A stretch of 64,000 bases of DNA, taken from positions 81,408,001 to 81,472,000 of the forward strand of contig CM052816.1 in the NCBI GenBank assembly GCA_028534125.1. The letters run 5' to 3'. A program made the translations under genes and the position numbers. The stretch is from Lama glama (taxonomy: Eukaryota). Below the pieces are notes generated by a model. It worked only from the letters and a program-made list of their open reading frames with translations. It did no database searches and was not told where the DNA came from. Positions 51,599-64,000 of this stretch are shown here, piece after piece (positions within the stretch are counted from its first letter, which is position 1; each line of letters opens with the position of its first letter).

Positions 51599-53913
51599 GT
51601 AACCATCATGTTAGCGTCGTCCCTCATGTGCAATTTCAAAGCCAGTGATAAATTGTCATCCCTAGTAGCACTATATATAAACCCCTTTGTTTTCATCCAG
51701 ACAGCGTGCGACAGTAATGAGTTGGAGAAAAATATCAAGGTCTTTAGTTCAGTAACTACACACCTGGGACTGAGTATTACAACATCTACAAAGAATTTTT
51801 GTTTCCCCTTCCCCCAAGCTGATAAAAATAAATCTGGGAAATTCTCACCTCTTTTTTAAACAAATGAGGCCTTTTTTCAGGTTGTCTTACTTCGCCCATC
51901 AAGTATTCTGGTCGCTAGTCAGGAAAATCCTGGTCTCCTGCAGATCCCTGTGACCGACACCTGCTGGGGTTTAACCAGCCCTGGGGCTGCCAGGGCTTTG
52001 CCTGTAGTCATCACCTTGTCACCAAGGAGCCTGGATTGGTTGGGGATTTTGGGGGGTTTTCTTTTGTTTTGAGATGAGATGAGTGACTCTATAGCTTAAG
52101 TCAAGTTTCTGAATTCATAAATAACAACTACTTGGTGGTGCAGCTCTCCACATATGGGGCTCTCCTGTGAGTTGTGCATTCAATTCTTCCACTTTATTTT
52201 TTCCAATCCCAAATAGCTGTTTGCATAAGTATTTTTAGGTACCTTTTCCCAAAACAATAGAGGCCTCATTCCAGTACTTTTAATTTTATTCCATTTTATT
52301 GGGAGATTATGGATACACACATGTTTCTGACCAATCCACCTTATTTGGTAAGTATATCAGAATCTGTAACTTTTTTTTTTTAATATTAAGTTTCAAAGGC
52401 CTTTTCCTATAATGATGGCGTGAACCTCAATATCCATGTATCTTATTTCCTTTTGTTGGGTTATAGATTCTGAAATTTACTTTTGTTTTTAGCTTAGTGT
52501 ATACATTCTCCCATCCCCGGGATTTCCTGATGGTCTCTCCCAGGTGTGCAGCCCCAGTTGCCTAGACTAGACTGAAATCTTTTCCAGCTCCCTCTACCCA
52601 TGATCTGAGGCTCTGTCTGCACCTGCAAGCTGATACCTGAGGCGCAGCGTGCTGTGTGCAGCCTCCCCGGGATGCTGTATTAGACCCGTGTGCCGATTCC
52701 GGCCTCCAGGGCCTGACTGCCCGTCCACAGGGCCTGCTTGGTCTTGGGGAGGGGCTCACCATTGGCTGCTTCACGCTAGGAGCTGAAAGTGCAGGGAGCC
52801 TCACACGTGTGTCCTCCACCTCAGACTCAGCTGAAGCACTTTTCTTGGACTATTTAAAACTCTAATGAGGTCCTGACTTCATTGTTTTCTTCAAGCTCTG
52901 TGGTCTCTGTAGAGGCTGACCTGGTGACTGAGCCATCTTCCAGTGTTTCCCTAGTAATTAATCCCTTGGAAGATAGAAAAAAAACAAGAAGAAGAAATGT
53001 AGTATGTGTCGCTTGATAGTCTTAGTGTCTGAAATTCTTCTTTGTTTTCATACTGAATGTTAGATTAAATGAATTTTGAGCTAAATAGTAAATTTAAAGC
53101 CATTGAAGGAAATATCCAGAGAGAAATTCTAAGAAGTTGGTTGTTGGAAGATAAGAAAATTCCTTTTTTTCTTGTTGCAAAGTATTTGCACTCAGTTTTT
53201 CATTTTCGTCCTTCTCTTTTTCCTGCCCTCCCCGCCCCCCCCCCCAGCTGCCAGTCGTCATGAGCCTCTCTGCTTCCGGCCTCTCCCTAAATCCTCATCC
53301 TTTTGGCTGTAAAGAGAAGTACTCTCTGTCACCAGGAAATACCGCTCCTCACACTGCTGGGTGTCTGCATATGGAGCAGGAAAGGTGACACACTGAGAGG
53401 AAATGCTCTCAACTAAGAAAGAGAGGAAACTGTTTTTTCCCCACACACCTCTGACCTCCCTTTTCCTCCTGTCCTCATCCGTGGAGCTGCAGCCTCTGCA
53501 CCTGAGGCAGCGGCCTGGGAGCCGTGGGCAGGAGACACCCACCTCTCCCAGCAGCTCCAAGGTGAGAGCTGGCCCCTCTCATGGGGAAGGGGGCTCGAGA
53601 GCTGCATGCCAGAGCGTGCTGGGCAGCCTTTCTGGCTTTGCCTACTTGGGTACCACTTCTGCAGAACGTCTGCTTGGGCCCAAGTGATAAAAATACCAGG
53701 CTCTGTGCTCGTACATACATCCAAGATCGTCTCCATCTATCCAGGCACCGATGCTACATGCTGGAAGAGTGTAAAGTTCTCAAGTGCTGCGTTGATTTGT
53801 GTGTGTCTGTGTGTCTGTGTGTCTTTACGGTAACGGAGCCGGGGAGGCTTGGACTGTTTGCATACTGTGTGTTCCCTGAGGGCTCTAAGGTGGACTTGTT
53901 TGGTTTCGGTCAG

Positions 53914-54056
53914 GTGAACAGCTGCTCTGTGAAGCCAACACAGTACTGAAGTGTGTCCAGGAAGATTCCTGTCAGCGTGGGATCTACGGAAGGCTTGTCT
54001 GCACAGACTTCAAGATTGCTTTCTTGGGCGATGACGAATCTACATTGGAGAATGAT
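53914..54056 (+). CDS. MTMR12: MTMR12 coding exon 3 (PH-GRAM-like region)
   Basis: ggtcag acceptor; (G)EQLLCEANTVLKCVQEDSCQRGIYGRLVCTDFKIAFLGDDESTLEND; donor gtatgt; 143 nt. Confidence 0.95.
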
Positions 54057-54984
54057 GTATGTATGAGCTTGGTGGAGTTTGGGTGGGAGCAGTGCACTTG
54101 TGGCCCCATTGTCTTTTTTCCCAGCTTGTCAGTTGCTCGCCCACAACACACATAAACACGAAGGACAGAGTCCTCCTTGCTGCAGTCTGCTCTCTCCTGA
54201 TAGGGGTCTCCTTTCTGTGGGAGGACCGTCAGTTTCCCACTAGTGCCTCACGTCACAGTGACTTGCGTTTGACTTCATAGGTTGACACTGTCAACTCTAT
54301 TTTCTCCTGTATTTCAGCACAGTCTGTCTCACTCATGGGAACCACATCTCCCCAGATATGCTGGCTCCCCATGTTTTCTCTATACTGAACCCTTCCTCAG
54401 ATTCAGGAACTGAGTTCAGTTATTAAACTGATGCTGAAAGCAGCACTTGACATTGGATTTACTTTGTGTTTACTCTGCCCCGAGGAGCAGTGTCCTTGTA
54501 AGATTTGTCCCTGCTCAGGAAGAGTGAGCAGTGGAATGAGGCGAGAAGGCCCACACCACTCAAGGGGTGCTGTGCGTTAGCAGAGACCAGCCGGCCTGGC
54601 CGCGGGCGGCACCACTGCTGCCTCGGAGCGTGGGCTTCCGTGCTGCTGGTGCTGCAGCGGCCGGGTTCCTAGTTCTGTACGAAGACAGCGTTTATGGAAA
54701 GTGGAATCTTCCCAGTTTTCTTCCTGGCTTCTTACAGCTCTGTCACTCAACTGTTGGCATTTGTGTAGAGAAGTCCAAACCTGCGTACCACTTCCCAGCA
54801 CCTCTCAAAGTCATCATGAGTGGCCTGGCACGTTGACCTGGGCGCAGCCTAGGGATGGCATGTTCTACCTGGGTTGGAAGACGAGTGTTCAGCAGCATTT
54901 CTCACACACTTCACTACTTGTTCATCCGTTTCCTAGGCATGTGACTGCATTGCCCTGTTTGTTTTTTTAGGGTGTACACCTTTT

Positions 54985-55315
54985 CATTTATTTTTTCTAA
55001 GTCTGTTGAGATAAAATTGACATAACATTGTGTTAGTGTAACGTGTACAACATAATGATTTGATATATGTAGATATTGTGAAATGATCACCACAGTACAT
55101 TTAGTTAACATCTATCACCTCACAGAGTTACAAAATCTCCTTCTTATGATAAGAACCTTTAAGATTTGCCCTCTTGGCAATTTTCAAGTGTATAATGCAT
55201 TGTTATTAACTATAGTCACCATGCTGTACATTACATCCCCAGGACTTATTTAGCTTATAACCAAAGTATGTACCTTTTGACCACCTTTACCCATTTCCCC
55301 CAACCACTCCCCATT
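54985..55315 (-). mobile_element. L1MA-like 3' end
   Basis: gttgagataaaattgacataacattgtg...gaaatgatcaccaca...ttattaactatagtcaccatgctgtacattacatcccca. Confidence 0.8.
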
Positions 55316-55423
55316 TTTCTTAATATGCAAGTGGAGAATGGTGATTTGCTCTGCCTATAAATGTCTATAAATGTCTAACAGTGCATAGACAGGAGTCACA
55401 GTTGTTTCCTTTTGAATCTTTAG

Positions 55424-55496
55424 GAAACCCAATTTAAGAATAAGGTTATAGGAGAAAATGACATCACACTCCACTGTGTTGATCAGATTTATGGAG
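55424..55496 (+). CDS. MTMR12: MTMR12 coding exon 4
   Basis: ctttag acceptor; ETQFKNKVIGENDITLHCVDQIYG+G; donor gtaagt; 73 nt. Confidence 0.95.
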
Positions 55497-56321
55497 GTAA
55501 GTGTCTGTTTCCCCTGGAGTGTTGCCAGCCTTTGAAAGTATAACTGATAATGATATTTTCTTAGTCCTTTATAGTTTATGAAAATTTCTTCACATATTTA
55601 TCTTGTTTAAGTCAGTTTTTCGGATGAGAAAATTGAAATGTGAAGTGACTTATTTGGAGTCACTAAGCTGGAGTTTAGACTTGAACTTGGAACCTGTTCT
55701 TTCTAATAACCCATGGAGCTGTTGTGTGCTAGATGTTGACCACATGTCAGTGTTAACTGTGTAGGTTTTACTGTAAAGGCTAACGTGGTAAAGGCCCGTT
55801 GTACTGCACTCCAGTGTCTTTTCTGCTGACTAAACAAGCCTCTCTCTGCTCCACTTCTTTGTTTTTGTAGTCGGGCTTTTTCAGAAACCATTCAGTAGCC
55901 ATTTATGATGTTCCCAGTCCCTCTTGGTGTTCCATGGTCCAAACTGTGAGACAGGGAGGAAGGTGTCTAGAGGGGCCCTGACCATGAACCCAGGAGTTGA
56001 CTGTCCCAAAAGCATGTCCCTGGGGATTTCCTGTCCAGTTTCCTAACCTTGGCTTTCGGAGCTGGGTCTTCTGCAGGTGGGTGGAGTCGGTCCTGCCGGC
56101 AGTGGCCAGGCCTTTGTGGTTTTGTGCTTTCTCAGGAGGGGAGAGGAACCCTGACTGTTGTCAGAGAACAGGGCCCCTGCTGACAGTCACTTAGGAGCCA
56201 GCACCTTTCCTCTCACTTTTGAGAGGTGTCCTTAGAAGTTAGTAGTCTACCTTGTTTCTTTAGCACTGACTTGTTGCCTTATAACATGATCTCCCTTCCT
56301 GGTTTCATCACTGACGTGTAG

Positions 56322-56452
56322 TGTTTGATGAGAAAAAAAAGACTCTCTTTGGACAGCTGAAGAAGTACCCTGAGAAACTCATCATCCACTGCAAAGACCT
56401 CCGGGTATTCCACTTCTGTCTGAGGTACACAAAAGAAGAGGAAGTCAAAAGG
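56322..56452 (+). CDS. MTMR12: MTMR12 coding exon 5
   Basis: gtgtag acceptor; (V)FDEKKKTLFGQLKKYPEKLIIHCKDLRVFHFCLRYTKEEEVKR; donor gtaact; 131 nt. Confidence 0.95.
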
Positions 56453-57737
56453 GTAACTAGCTGCATGTGTTTTCAGGTTTTATTTCCCATCAGGTTTTCC
56501 CCACTAACGCTAGTTCTTGCTTCTGTTACACAAAGGTTGAGGGGAGCCTTTCATTCTATAAAGCTGAAATTGGTTATAATCCCATGAGCTTTGGTTAGAA
56601 TTGAGAGAGAATCTGGAAGAGCATGACTGTACATGCTACCTTTAATCCTTCATAGTATTTTCATTCCTGGAGCCTCCAAAGGGTGGGAGGTGGTAAACCA
56701 GGGTCAGGAGGCAGTCGGGGAAAGGGAAGGATGGAGCAGCCAGATGCAACCCTCATCCCCCACCTCTGACAGCCTTTCCCAAAGGCAGCGGCAGTGACCC
56801 ACCCCCACCCCCCGGAATGAATGAGTTGACATCTGGGAGGTCGTGGTTGCACGTGGAAGGAGGAGGAGATACATGGGTCTGATGGGCAAAGTGAGTCACC
56901 AAATGAGTCTGTGCTTTTGGTGACTTACTTAATCTGGTTGCTGTAGCAAATTGAGATGTGTAACTGGGTGAACTGGTTACAATAATTATTGTAACTTCCA
57001 AAATTTCTCTTAAGATATTGAAGATCTCAGACTTGCCACTATCATGGTAAATACATCGGGGAAACCTAGTGAGAGGCCAGTTTATCTGTTGTCTTTGGTT
57101 GTAGTGATTTATGCATTCTTTTTAGGTAACCTCTTAATTTTCTTTCAGGTAGTGTGGTTGTTCAGTTAGAGTAATAAATGTGACTCCAGAGTCTGTTCTG
57201 AGCAGGAAAGAGTGGTGTAGATACGGACGATTCCCTGAGAAGCCAGAAACTTCACTTTGAATGATGATTTTAGCCATCTGTCTAAACATCCTTTTGTTTG
57301 GAACTCCAGACAAAAAGCTCAATGGATTGATTTCCTTATCTTCTAGAAGACCCTTAGGGCTGCAACACGTAGATCAGAATAGCTTAGCGTCTTGGTTGAT
57401 GTCTGGTATCAGCTTTACCTCTTTGACATGTCAGATTTTGGAGTATCTGAAAATGGCACTTTTTTTTTTGAGCTTTGTTTTTTGAGACATTAAGCTATCT
57501 TTCTAAAATTGCTCTAGAAATTCAAAGCTCTTAAAAACCCTGACAGAATGTTAAGCGCTCTGTTTACTTGACATTATTCCAGGAGATAAGACCATAGATG
57601 CAGACCTCAGCAGGTGTTAATGTGCTGCCCATAGGAGCCCATTAGCATTGCTGAAAACCCAGACAGCTTGGTTCTTGTCTCTCCCAAGGTGTATCTGCCA
57701 GAAGCGTGACTGTGTCCATTGCTTGCTTCTTTTCTAG

Positions 57738-57831
57738 ATTGTCAGTGGCATAATTCATCACACCCAGTCTCCTAAACTACTTAAACGATTGTTTCTGTTT
57801 TCCTATGCAGCTGCAGCACAGAACAGCACAG
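57738..57831 (+). CDS. MTMR12: MTMR12 coding exon 6
   Basis: tttctag acceptor; IVSGIIHHTQSPKLLKRLFLFSYAAAAQNST+G; donor gtaagg; 94 nt. Confidence 0.95.
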
Positions 57832-58524
57832 GTAAGGTGTCGTTTGCAGGTGGGTAGGGCCCTTCCACTTCCTACTTGCAACTAGTGGGAGAAAAACTCG
57901 CTCATGGCGGTTTCCTCTCTTTTCTAACGGTCACCTCTTGCTTGGGCCATTCATTCTGATTTCTTTTAAAATAAATTTTTTAATGTTTCTATTTATCCTG
58001 TGATCTTTGTTGCTTTTACTTATATTTTAGGTTTGCTTTTTGTGAGGGATTGTTTGTTTCTTATGAAAGGTAAAATCAATATATTATAATTGGGAATGTG
58101 AGACTATAGGGAAACAAAATTGAGACAAGTTTAAAATCACTGTCCCTGGGTTCTTTTTTCCTCTTTAAATACTTGATTTCATTTCAAAAGACTCTAGAAA
58201 AAGTCTTGCATTCTAGAAAGTTTTTAAACAACAAGAACACGCTTTATGCCAAGTATTTTGGGGGGAAATAGAACAGTTGCACATAAGAGAGTACTTCAGA
58301 ACACTAGTTAGGTTAGAAAACTTAAAATTCCAAATGTTTTCCATTCGGTTCACTGAAAAAGAACAATCTTTGAAGTAAGAAACCCTGGTCGTCGGAATTA
58401 GCTGTTAATACTGCTGAGCGTAGTGTGCTGTTTCCACAGATGTCTGTCTTCTTGCTTCTCTAGATCTCTCCCCTCTGTCTGTTCACTTGCTGCCCATTAA
58501 AACTCCAAATCAGTACTTTTTCCT

Positions 58525-58790
58525 TCTACTTTTATTGAGATGTAAGTGGCACACAGCCCTGTGGAAGTTTAAGGCGTACAGCATAATGATTTGATTTATA
58601 TCCATCATGAAATGATCACCACAGTAAGTTTAGTGACATCCATCGTCTCATGTAGATACAACATTAAAGTAATAAAAAAAAATTTTTTTTCCTTGTGATG
58701 AAAACTTGTTAGGATTTGCTCTCTTTCACGGCTCTTGTACGTAAACATCCAGCAGTGTCACGTTTATGATGCTGTACGTTGTACCCCATC
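58525..58790 (-). mobile_element. L1MA-like 3' end
   Basis: ttttattgagatgtaagtggcacacag...gaaatgatcaccacagtaagtttagtgacatcc...tttccttgtgatgaaaact. Confidence 0.75.
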
Positions 58791-61283
58791 TGCCCATTGG
58801 TCTTAACATGCCCTTGATGCTGAGTGGTCCTCTGCGCCCTGTGCTCCTCTTCAGGGAGGTGGCATGTTAGTGTAACTGCATGGATGATGCTTTCCCGAAC
58901 ACAGGGGTGCTGTCACTAACTGCTCCCCGGTAAACATTTGTCCAACACTTGCTATGGGTCAGGCACCGAGGGGTATGAACAAAGCTGAGTCGCTGCCCTT
59001 TGAGCGCATCAAGTCAAACAGGGTGATGTGTCCTCTGGTGGGAGGGCCCGGCCACAAGGAGGGAGGGAGGGCGGGCTGGGCTCGATTCGCTGGTGCAGGG
59101 TGTGGGAGGGGCTGGCAGGCACCCAGGAGTGTTTGAGGCAGTGGGGTTGGCATGTGCCTCTGCCAGAGGCACAGAGATCTTGGTCTCTGAGAGAGCAGGG
59201 GGCATTTGGGAAACTACGGTGATTTAGTAAAAAGGTATGAATTTTAGGGTCTGCTGAGTTCAAATCCTTGCCCAGCTAATCTAGTAGCTATGGGATCCTG
59301 GGGCTGGTTAGGGCCTTTGTTTTTGCATTTTAAACATAGTAGTGTTAATGTTTCCCTTGAAGTGTCATGAAGATTATCAGTTGCCTGATCGATTATCAGT
59401 GCCTGGCACATAGGGTCATTGAACTAGGGTTAGCTGAGGGTGTAACTGCTTATTCAGGACAGGTTATGTTCAGAGAATTACGCTGACATAAAATATACTT
59501 AGCACTGCTATTAGGCCGAACGTAAAATTTGTTCCTTAATTCAGGAAGTTCATCTTTGTGAATGATCTTCTCACTGTAGCAGGATGTACAAGTGCTGATG
59601 AACTTGGTGCTGGCTTTCGACAGCTTGTTGTAATGTGAGAGACAGAAAGTATGACTTCTTTGTTGATTGCTGTAATTCTTGTAAGCAGTTATTGGAACTG
59701 CATTTGAAAATCATGCTCTGTTCTTAGGAATTCTGCCTCTTCCTTATATCTGATTCTTGGTCTGGACCCAGCACAGGACAATTTCTCAGCTCCCAGCACG
59801 TGCTGATCTGGGTGCCAGAACCCTTACCTTGTCTGATCCTGGCAGTTTCATTACTTTGTGGTGGCTTTTTGTGCCAGAAAGCCCAGGATATGTGGCATCT
59901 TTTATTCCATCTGAATTCCAGCCTCCTTCTCTTTTCCTTCTGGCATCCTTTTTTTTTTTGATTGGTAAAGGTTATAACTGATAGATGCAAGCTGTCCATT
60001 TAGCCTTTTTATTGCGTAAGGGTTTGTAGAGGTGGGTTTTGCAATCTGAACATCTTTCATTATTCTCAGGCTTAATAATTTACAAACGTGCTTTGGCTGA
60101 AAGGTCCTAAATGTTTATGACATGGCATTTTAGGGAAGGACTTATCTGTGTTGCTAAGAAAATCTGTGTTGTCCTACTGTGCTTGAATAGGAGTATTGTT
60201 ATTACTTACATTGTGGGAAAATTTATTTGCATTTATTACTGTATGGAAATTTACTGTAGTGCTGCCTGGGTTTGAATTCCAGTTCTGCCATTACCTTGCT
60301 CTGTGACCTTGGGCAATATAATTGAACTTTTTGTGCCACATCTGTAAAACGGAAGAAATAATATTACGTGCGTGGTAGGGTGTGCGGATTGAGTTATTAG
60401 ATGTAAGATACTCAGAATAGTGCCTGGCATACTAAATGCCATAAAAGCTTAACTTCTGTTTTTATCATGATTTGTATTATCATCCTTTGTACTATGATCT
60501 GGTTTTATTAAAAGGAACAGGCGGGAGTTTATTAAACACTTTGTTTTTCCCAGAATGCTTGTATTTTTTAGATATGCTCAGGCTTAAACTGATTTCCATA
60601 AGTCCTCAAGACTGTTTTGGTGTGTGTCACCCCCGTCATGGGAGAGGACCAGGGACATGCCTGCTGGGCTGCAGGAGCAGTGCTCCCGGGCACTTCCTCC
60701 CGGCAGGTGGTGGCAGGGCTAGGGTCAGAGTCCCCATCCGGTCCCCATGGTGCAGCCCTGGGTTCGCAGGCCCTGACCCTCACCGTGGCTGTCTCCGTTG
60801 TTTATGACCTTCAGAAGCGAGGTGTCACACTGGAAAATCCTCCTCTTGGCAGTGCATCTTCAAATTGAAGGAGGTTTCACACTCAGGAATCTGACACGCT
60901 GTTCAAATGAGTTTGCCATCTTATGCACACGTTGGTAGGGCTAAAAATATTTTTATTTTAGCATTTGTGCCAAGCCTGTCTTTTAGTGCTTCACAGGCTC
61001 TTTTTATGGTATGTAAAGTATCTCATGGTCAGATGACTGAAAGTGGAGCTATAAATTACTTTTGCAAGGAATGGAACAAGAACAGCTCCTTTTTTTCAGT
61101 CTATAAAGACACAGCCTTGGTCAGGAAGAAGGAACAAGCTTAGGATTGAGCAGTGAGTCCATTTCGAGTGGATAAAAACGGGCTGAGTGGAGGAAGTTGG
61201 GGCCGGAGGACCCACTTTCACATCATTAAGATACCAGTGCTTCCCGACAAGATTTTATGATCTTTTTCTATGTGTTTTGTTAG

Positions 61284-61413
61284 CTGCGGACCCCAAGAAC
61301 CATACCGTCATGTTTGACACACTTAAGGACTGGTGTTGGGAGCTGGAGCGGACCAAAGGCAACGTGAAGTTCAAAGCTGTGAGCATCAACGAAGGCTACA
61401 GAGTGTGTGAAAG
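61284..61413 (+). CDS. MTMR12: MTMR12 coding exon 7 (gene continues beyond the window)
   Basis: ttgttag acceptor; (A)ADPKNHTVMFDTLKDWCWELERTKGNVKFKAVSINEGYRVCE+AG; donor gtaagc; 130 nt. Confidence 0.95.
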
Positions 61414-61489
61414 GTAAGCTCTGCGGGCCGCGCTCGTCATCTTGCACAGCCAGGCTGAGGGTTCATCCCCACGCCAGCCAGGCCCCCCG

Positions 61490-62090
61490 TCTGAAGCGCG
61501 GAGTGTGAAGCGCACATTCACAGGGCCGTGCAGCCGTCACCGCAGTCAGCTGTAGAACACCTTCAGCATCCGCAGAAAGAACCCCACACCCCTCAGTAGT
61601 CACTCCCCGTGTCCCCCCAACTCCCCCAGCCCTAGACAGACACCAGTCTCTCTATAGATTCGCCTTTTCGGGGCATTTCCTATCAGTGGAATCAGAACTC
61701 GTGGTCTTGGTGCCTGGCTTCTTTCACTTACTGTGATGTCGTCAAGGCGCGTCCATGTCCTGGCAGGGATCAGTGTTTTATTTGGTTGTTGCTGACTATC
61801 CCGTGGTATAGATACATAGCACGTTTTATTTCTCCCTCCATCAGTTGATGGACATTTGGGTTGTTTTCACTTTTTGACTGTTATGAGCATGCTGCTGTGA
61901 ACATTCGTGGGCAAGGTTTTGTATGGATGTGTATTTTCAGTTCTCTAGGGTATGTTCCTAGGAGTGGAATTGCTCAGTCATACAGTAAGTCTGCATTTCA
62001 CCTTTTGAGGAGCCGCCAGACTTTTCCACAGCAACTGCTCCATTGTACGTTCCTACAAGCAGTGTATGAGGGGTCCGCTTTCTTCACATT
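61490..62090 (-). mobile_element. Old L1 (L1MB-like)
   Basis: ctggcttctttcactta...tcagttgatggacatttgggttgttt...ctaggagtggaattgct...gcagtgtatgaggg. Confidence 0.8.
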
Positions 62091-62239
62091 GATACTGATT
62101 TTTTTTAAGAAACTCTTAAAATATTCAGAAGTGAATATGTGTCTTTTTCTTCTCATTATTGTATCTGTAATCTAAGTGTAAAACTTTTAGGGGCATTTCT
62201 GACTTTTTATTATGTATTTGCTTTCCTTTTATCAAGCAC

Positions 62240-62730
62240 TTCATTTATTCATTCAGTAAACATTTTTGAGTGCCTGCTATGTGCCAGACAGTGTCTTAGC
62301 TACTAGAGGTACAGCCTAAAAACCCCTGCTCTCCTGGAGCTTTCCTTCGAGACAGAGGAAAACGAGGATAGAATAAATGAGCAGTTATACTAAAAGGAAA
62401 AGTGCTATGGAGAAAATAGACCAGGCAAGGGGGTAGGGCGTGCCGAAGCTGTTGGCGGGGAGGGTGGATCAGGCGGAGGAAACAGCAGGGGCAAAGGCCC
62501 TGAGGTGGAATCTTGTCTGGCTTACATGAGATGCAGCGAGGATCTCCCACAGCCCAGGCTCTGAAGAGGAGTGAGCATGGGACAGTAGTAGGAGGCGAGG
62601 TCAGGAAGGAGAGGGGCGGCTGACTGCTGACTGGCCAGGAGGCTCTCAGAATTTACTTTGCAGTGCGGAGGAGTCTGAGCAGGGGCGTGATGTGACCTGA
62701 CCTACATTTTTAAAGGGTGACTCTGCATAA
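62240..62730 (-). mobile_element. L2 fragment
   Basis: tattcattcagtaaacatttttgagtgcctgctatgtgccagaca...gagcaggggcgtgatgtgacctgacctacatttttaaagg. Confidence 0.8.
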
Positions 62731-63168
62731 TCCTTTTTTGGAAACTTGAATCTTATCATTTTGGAACATAATCCCCAACACCCTGCTAACAGTTTCAGAA
62801 ATTTTGTATTCTTAGAGCATTTTGTGTTCGTGGTTCTGAAGGGCCTCTTAAGCAGATCAGTTTTGATTGGATCAATGTCAGACATTTATGAGGTTTGCCT
62901 TCTTGTTACAGCACGAACTGGGGTGACAGAAGGGAGGGGCCTGCAGAGCAGCTGTTGTGTCACATATGCCCCACTCCTGCCCTGCTCGCTCTTACTCAGA
63001 AGGAGGTCGGAAGCCCCTGCTCCTAGGAGGCGATGTTTCATGATGTGATATTGACACTGATAGGAGGCATCCCCACTCCTAGGATTGTTTTTAAAAATCC
63101 TGCCACAAATGGATTCATTTGGATTCATTGGTATTTGCATAGGTGTCAACCCATCAAAAGTATACCAG

Positions 63169-63584
63169 CAACATGGATGTCCCCGGAGAACATCATTCTA
63201 AGTGAAGTAAGCCAGAAAGAGAAAGAGAAATACCATATGAGATTGCTTATATGTGGAATCTAAAAAAAAAAAAGAGACAAATGAATTTATTCACAAAACA
63301 GAAGCAGACTCACAGACATAGAAAACAAACTTACGGTTACAGGGTGGGAGGAGGTGGGAAGGGATAAATTGGGAGTTTGACATTTATAGATACGAACTAC
63401 TTATAGATAAAATAGATAAACAACAAGTTCCTACTGTATAGCACAGGGAACCATATTCAATATCTTGTAGTAACTTATGGTGAAAAAAATATGAAAACAA
63501 ATACATGTATGTTCCTATATGACTGAAGTGCTGTACACCAGCAATTGACACAACATTGTAAACTGAAGATACTTCAATTAAAAA
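63169..63584 (+). mobile_element. 5'-truncated L1 3' end with 13-bp TSD
   Basis: caacatggatg...taagtgaagtaagccagaaagagaaagagaaatacc...cttcaatt then poly(A). Perfect TSD aaaagtataccag at 63156-63168 and 63585-63597. Confidence 0.9.
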
Positions 63585-64000
63585 AAAAGTATACCAGGTA
63601 GAGAAGGTGGAGGAAGTGGGGTGTGGGAGGGGGCTTCTAATCAGTGGTCAGTGGGGAGAATGGAGCCTTAGCAAGATTTTGGGGCTCAGATCATTCAGTG
63701 CAAACACACTGCCCTGGACTGCCCTAGCCATACACACTCACCCCCACACACATGCATCCCCTGTTTTCTGTCCCGTGGGGATGATGAAAGCTGTGCTTTA
63801 TTTCTCACCTAAACCAGGATGGTTGCTGCCTGCATGGTCTCCTCCACCCACTGTGGTCCCCAGCATCTGTATAACAGGCTGGGTGAGTGTCTCCAGGACG
63901 CTTCTCTTTGTCCTCTCCCCTGCTTGGGTGGCTCCTTGCTGTTCATGGTACAGTGAATAAAACTTCTAACAGGTGCTACCAGGCCCATCATGGTTTGATC

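Noticed and set aside
55355..55377. Short tandem duplications (ctataaatgt x2; similar ones near 38080 and 59372)
   Set aside because: Ordinary replication-slippage products.
56022..56031. GGGGATTTCC NF-kB consensus
   Set aside because: Isolated motif with no supporting context.

Overview
Mammalian genomic DNA, probably camelid: it carries several tRNA-derived SINEs with the AATAAACCTAATTACC tail typical of camelid Vic-1-type SINEs. The window holds two head-to-tail + strand genes. ZFR contributes its last three coding exons and 3'UTR (5284-~11950; DZF domain end plus basic NLS-like tail). About 16 kb of repeat-rich intergenic DNA follows. MTMR12 then starts at a CpG-island promoter, with coding exons 1-7 (28863-61413; 713 coding nt, all GT-AG, phases consistent), and continues past the window end. 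The rest is L1, L2, MIR, CR1-like, DNA-transposon and LTR relics plus a 3'-truncated U3 snoRNA retrocopy. I found no evidence for a new multi-gene system. The best second-look items are upstream ATGs at the MTMR12 start, a divergent LTR promoter near MTMR12, odd retrotransposition products (U3 fragment, 31-bp TSD, SINE+LTR-like composite), local AT-to-GC rewriting of old repeats, and possible ZFR 3' processing signals. Gene names, exon numbers and repeat families come from recalled sequences, not database searches; repeat boundaries are approximate.
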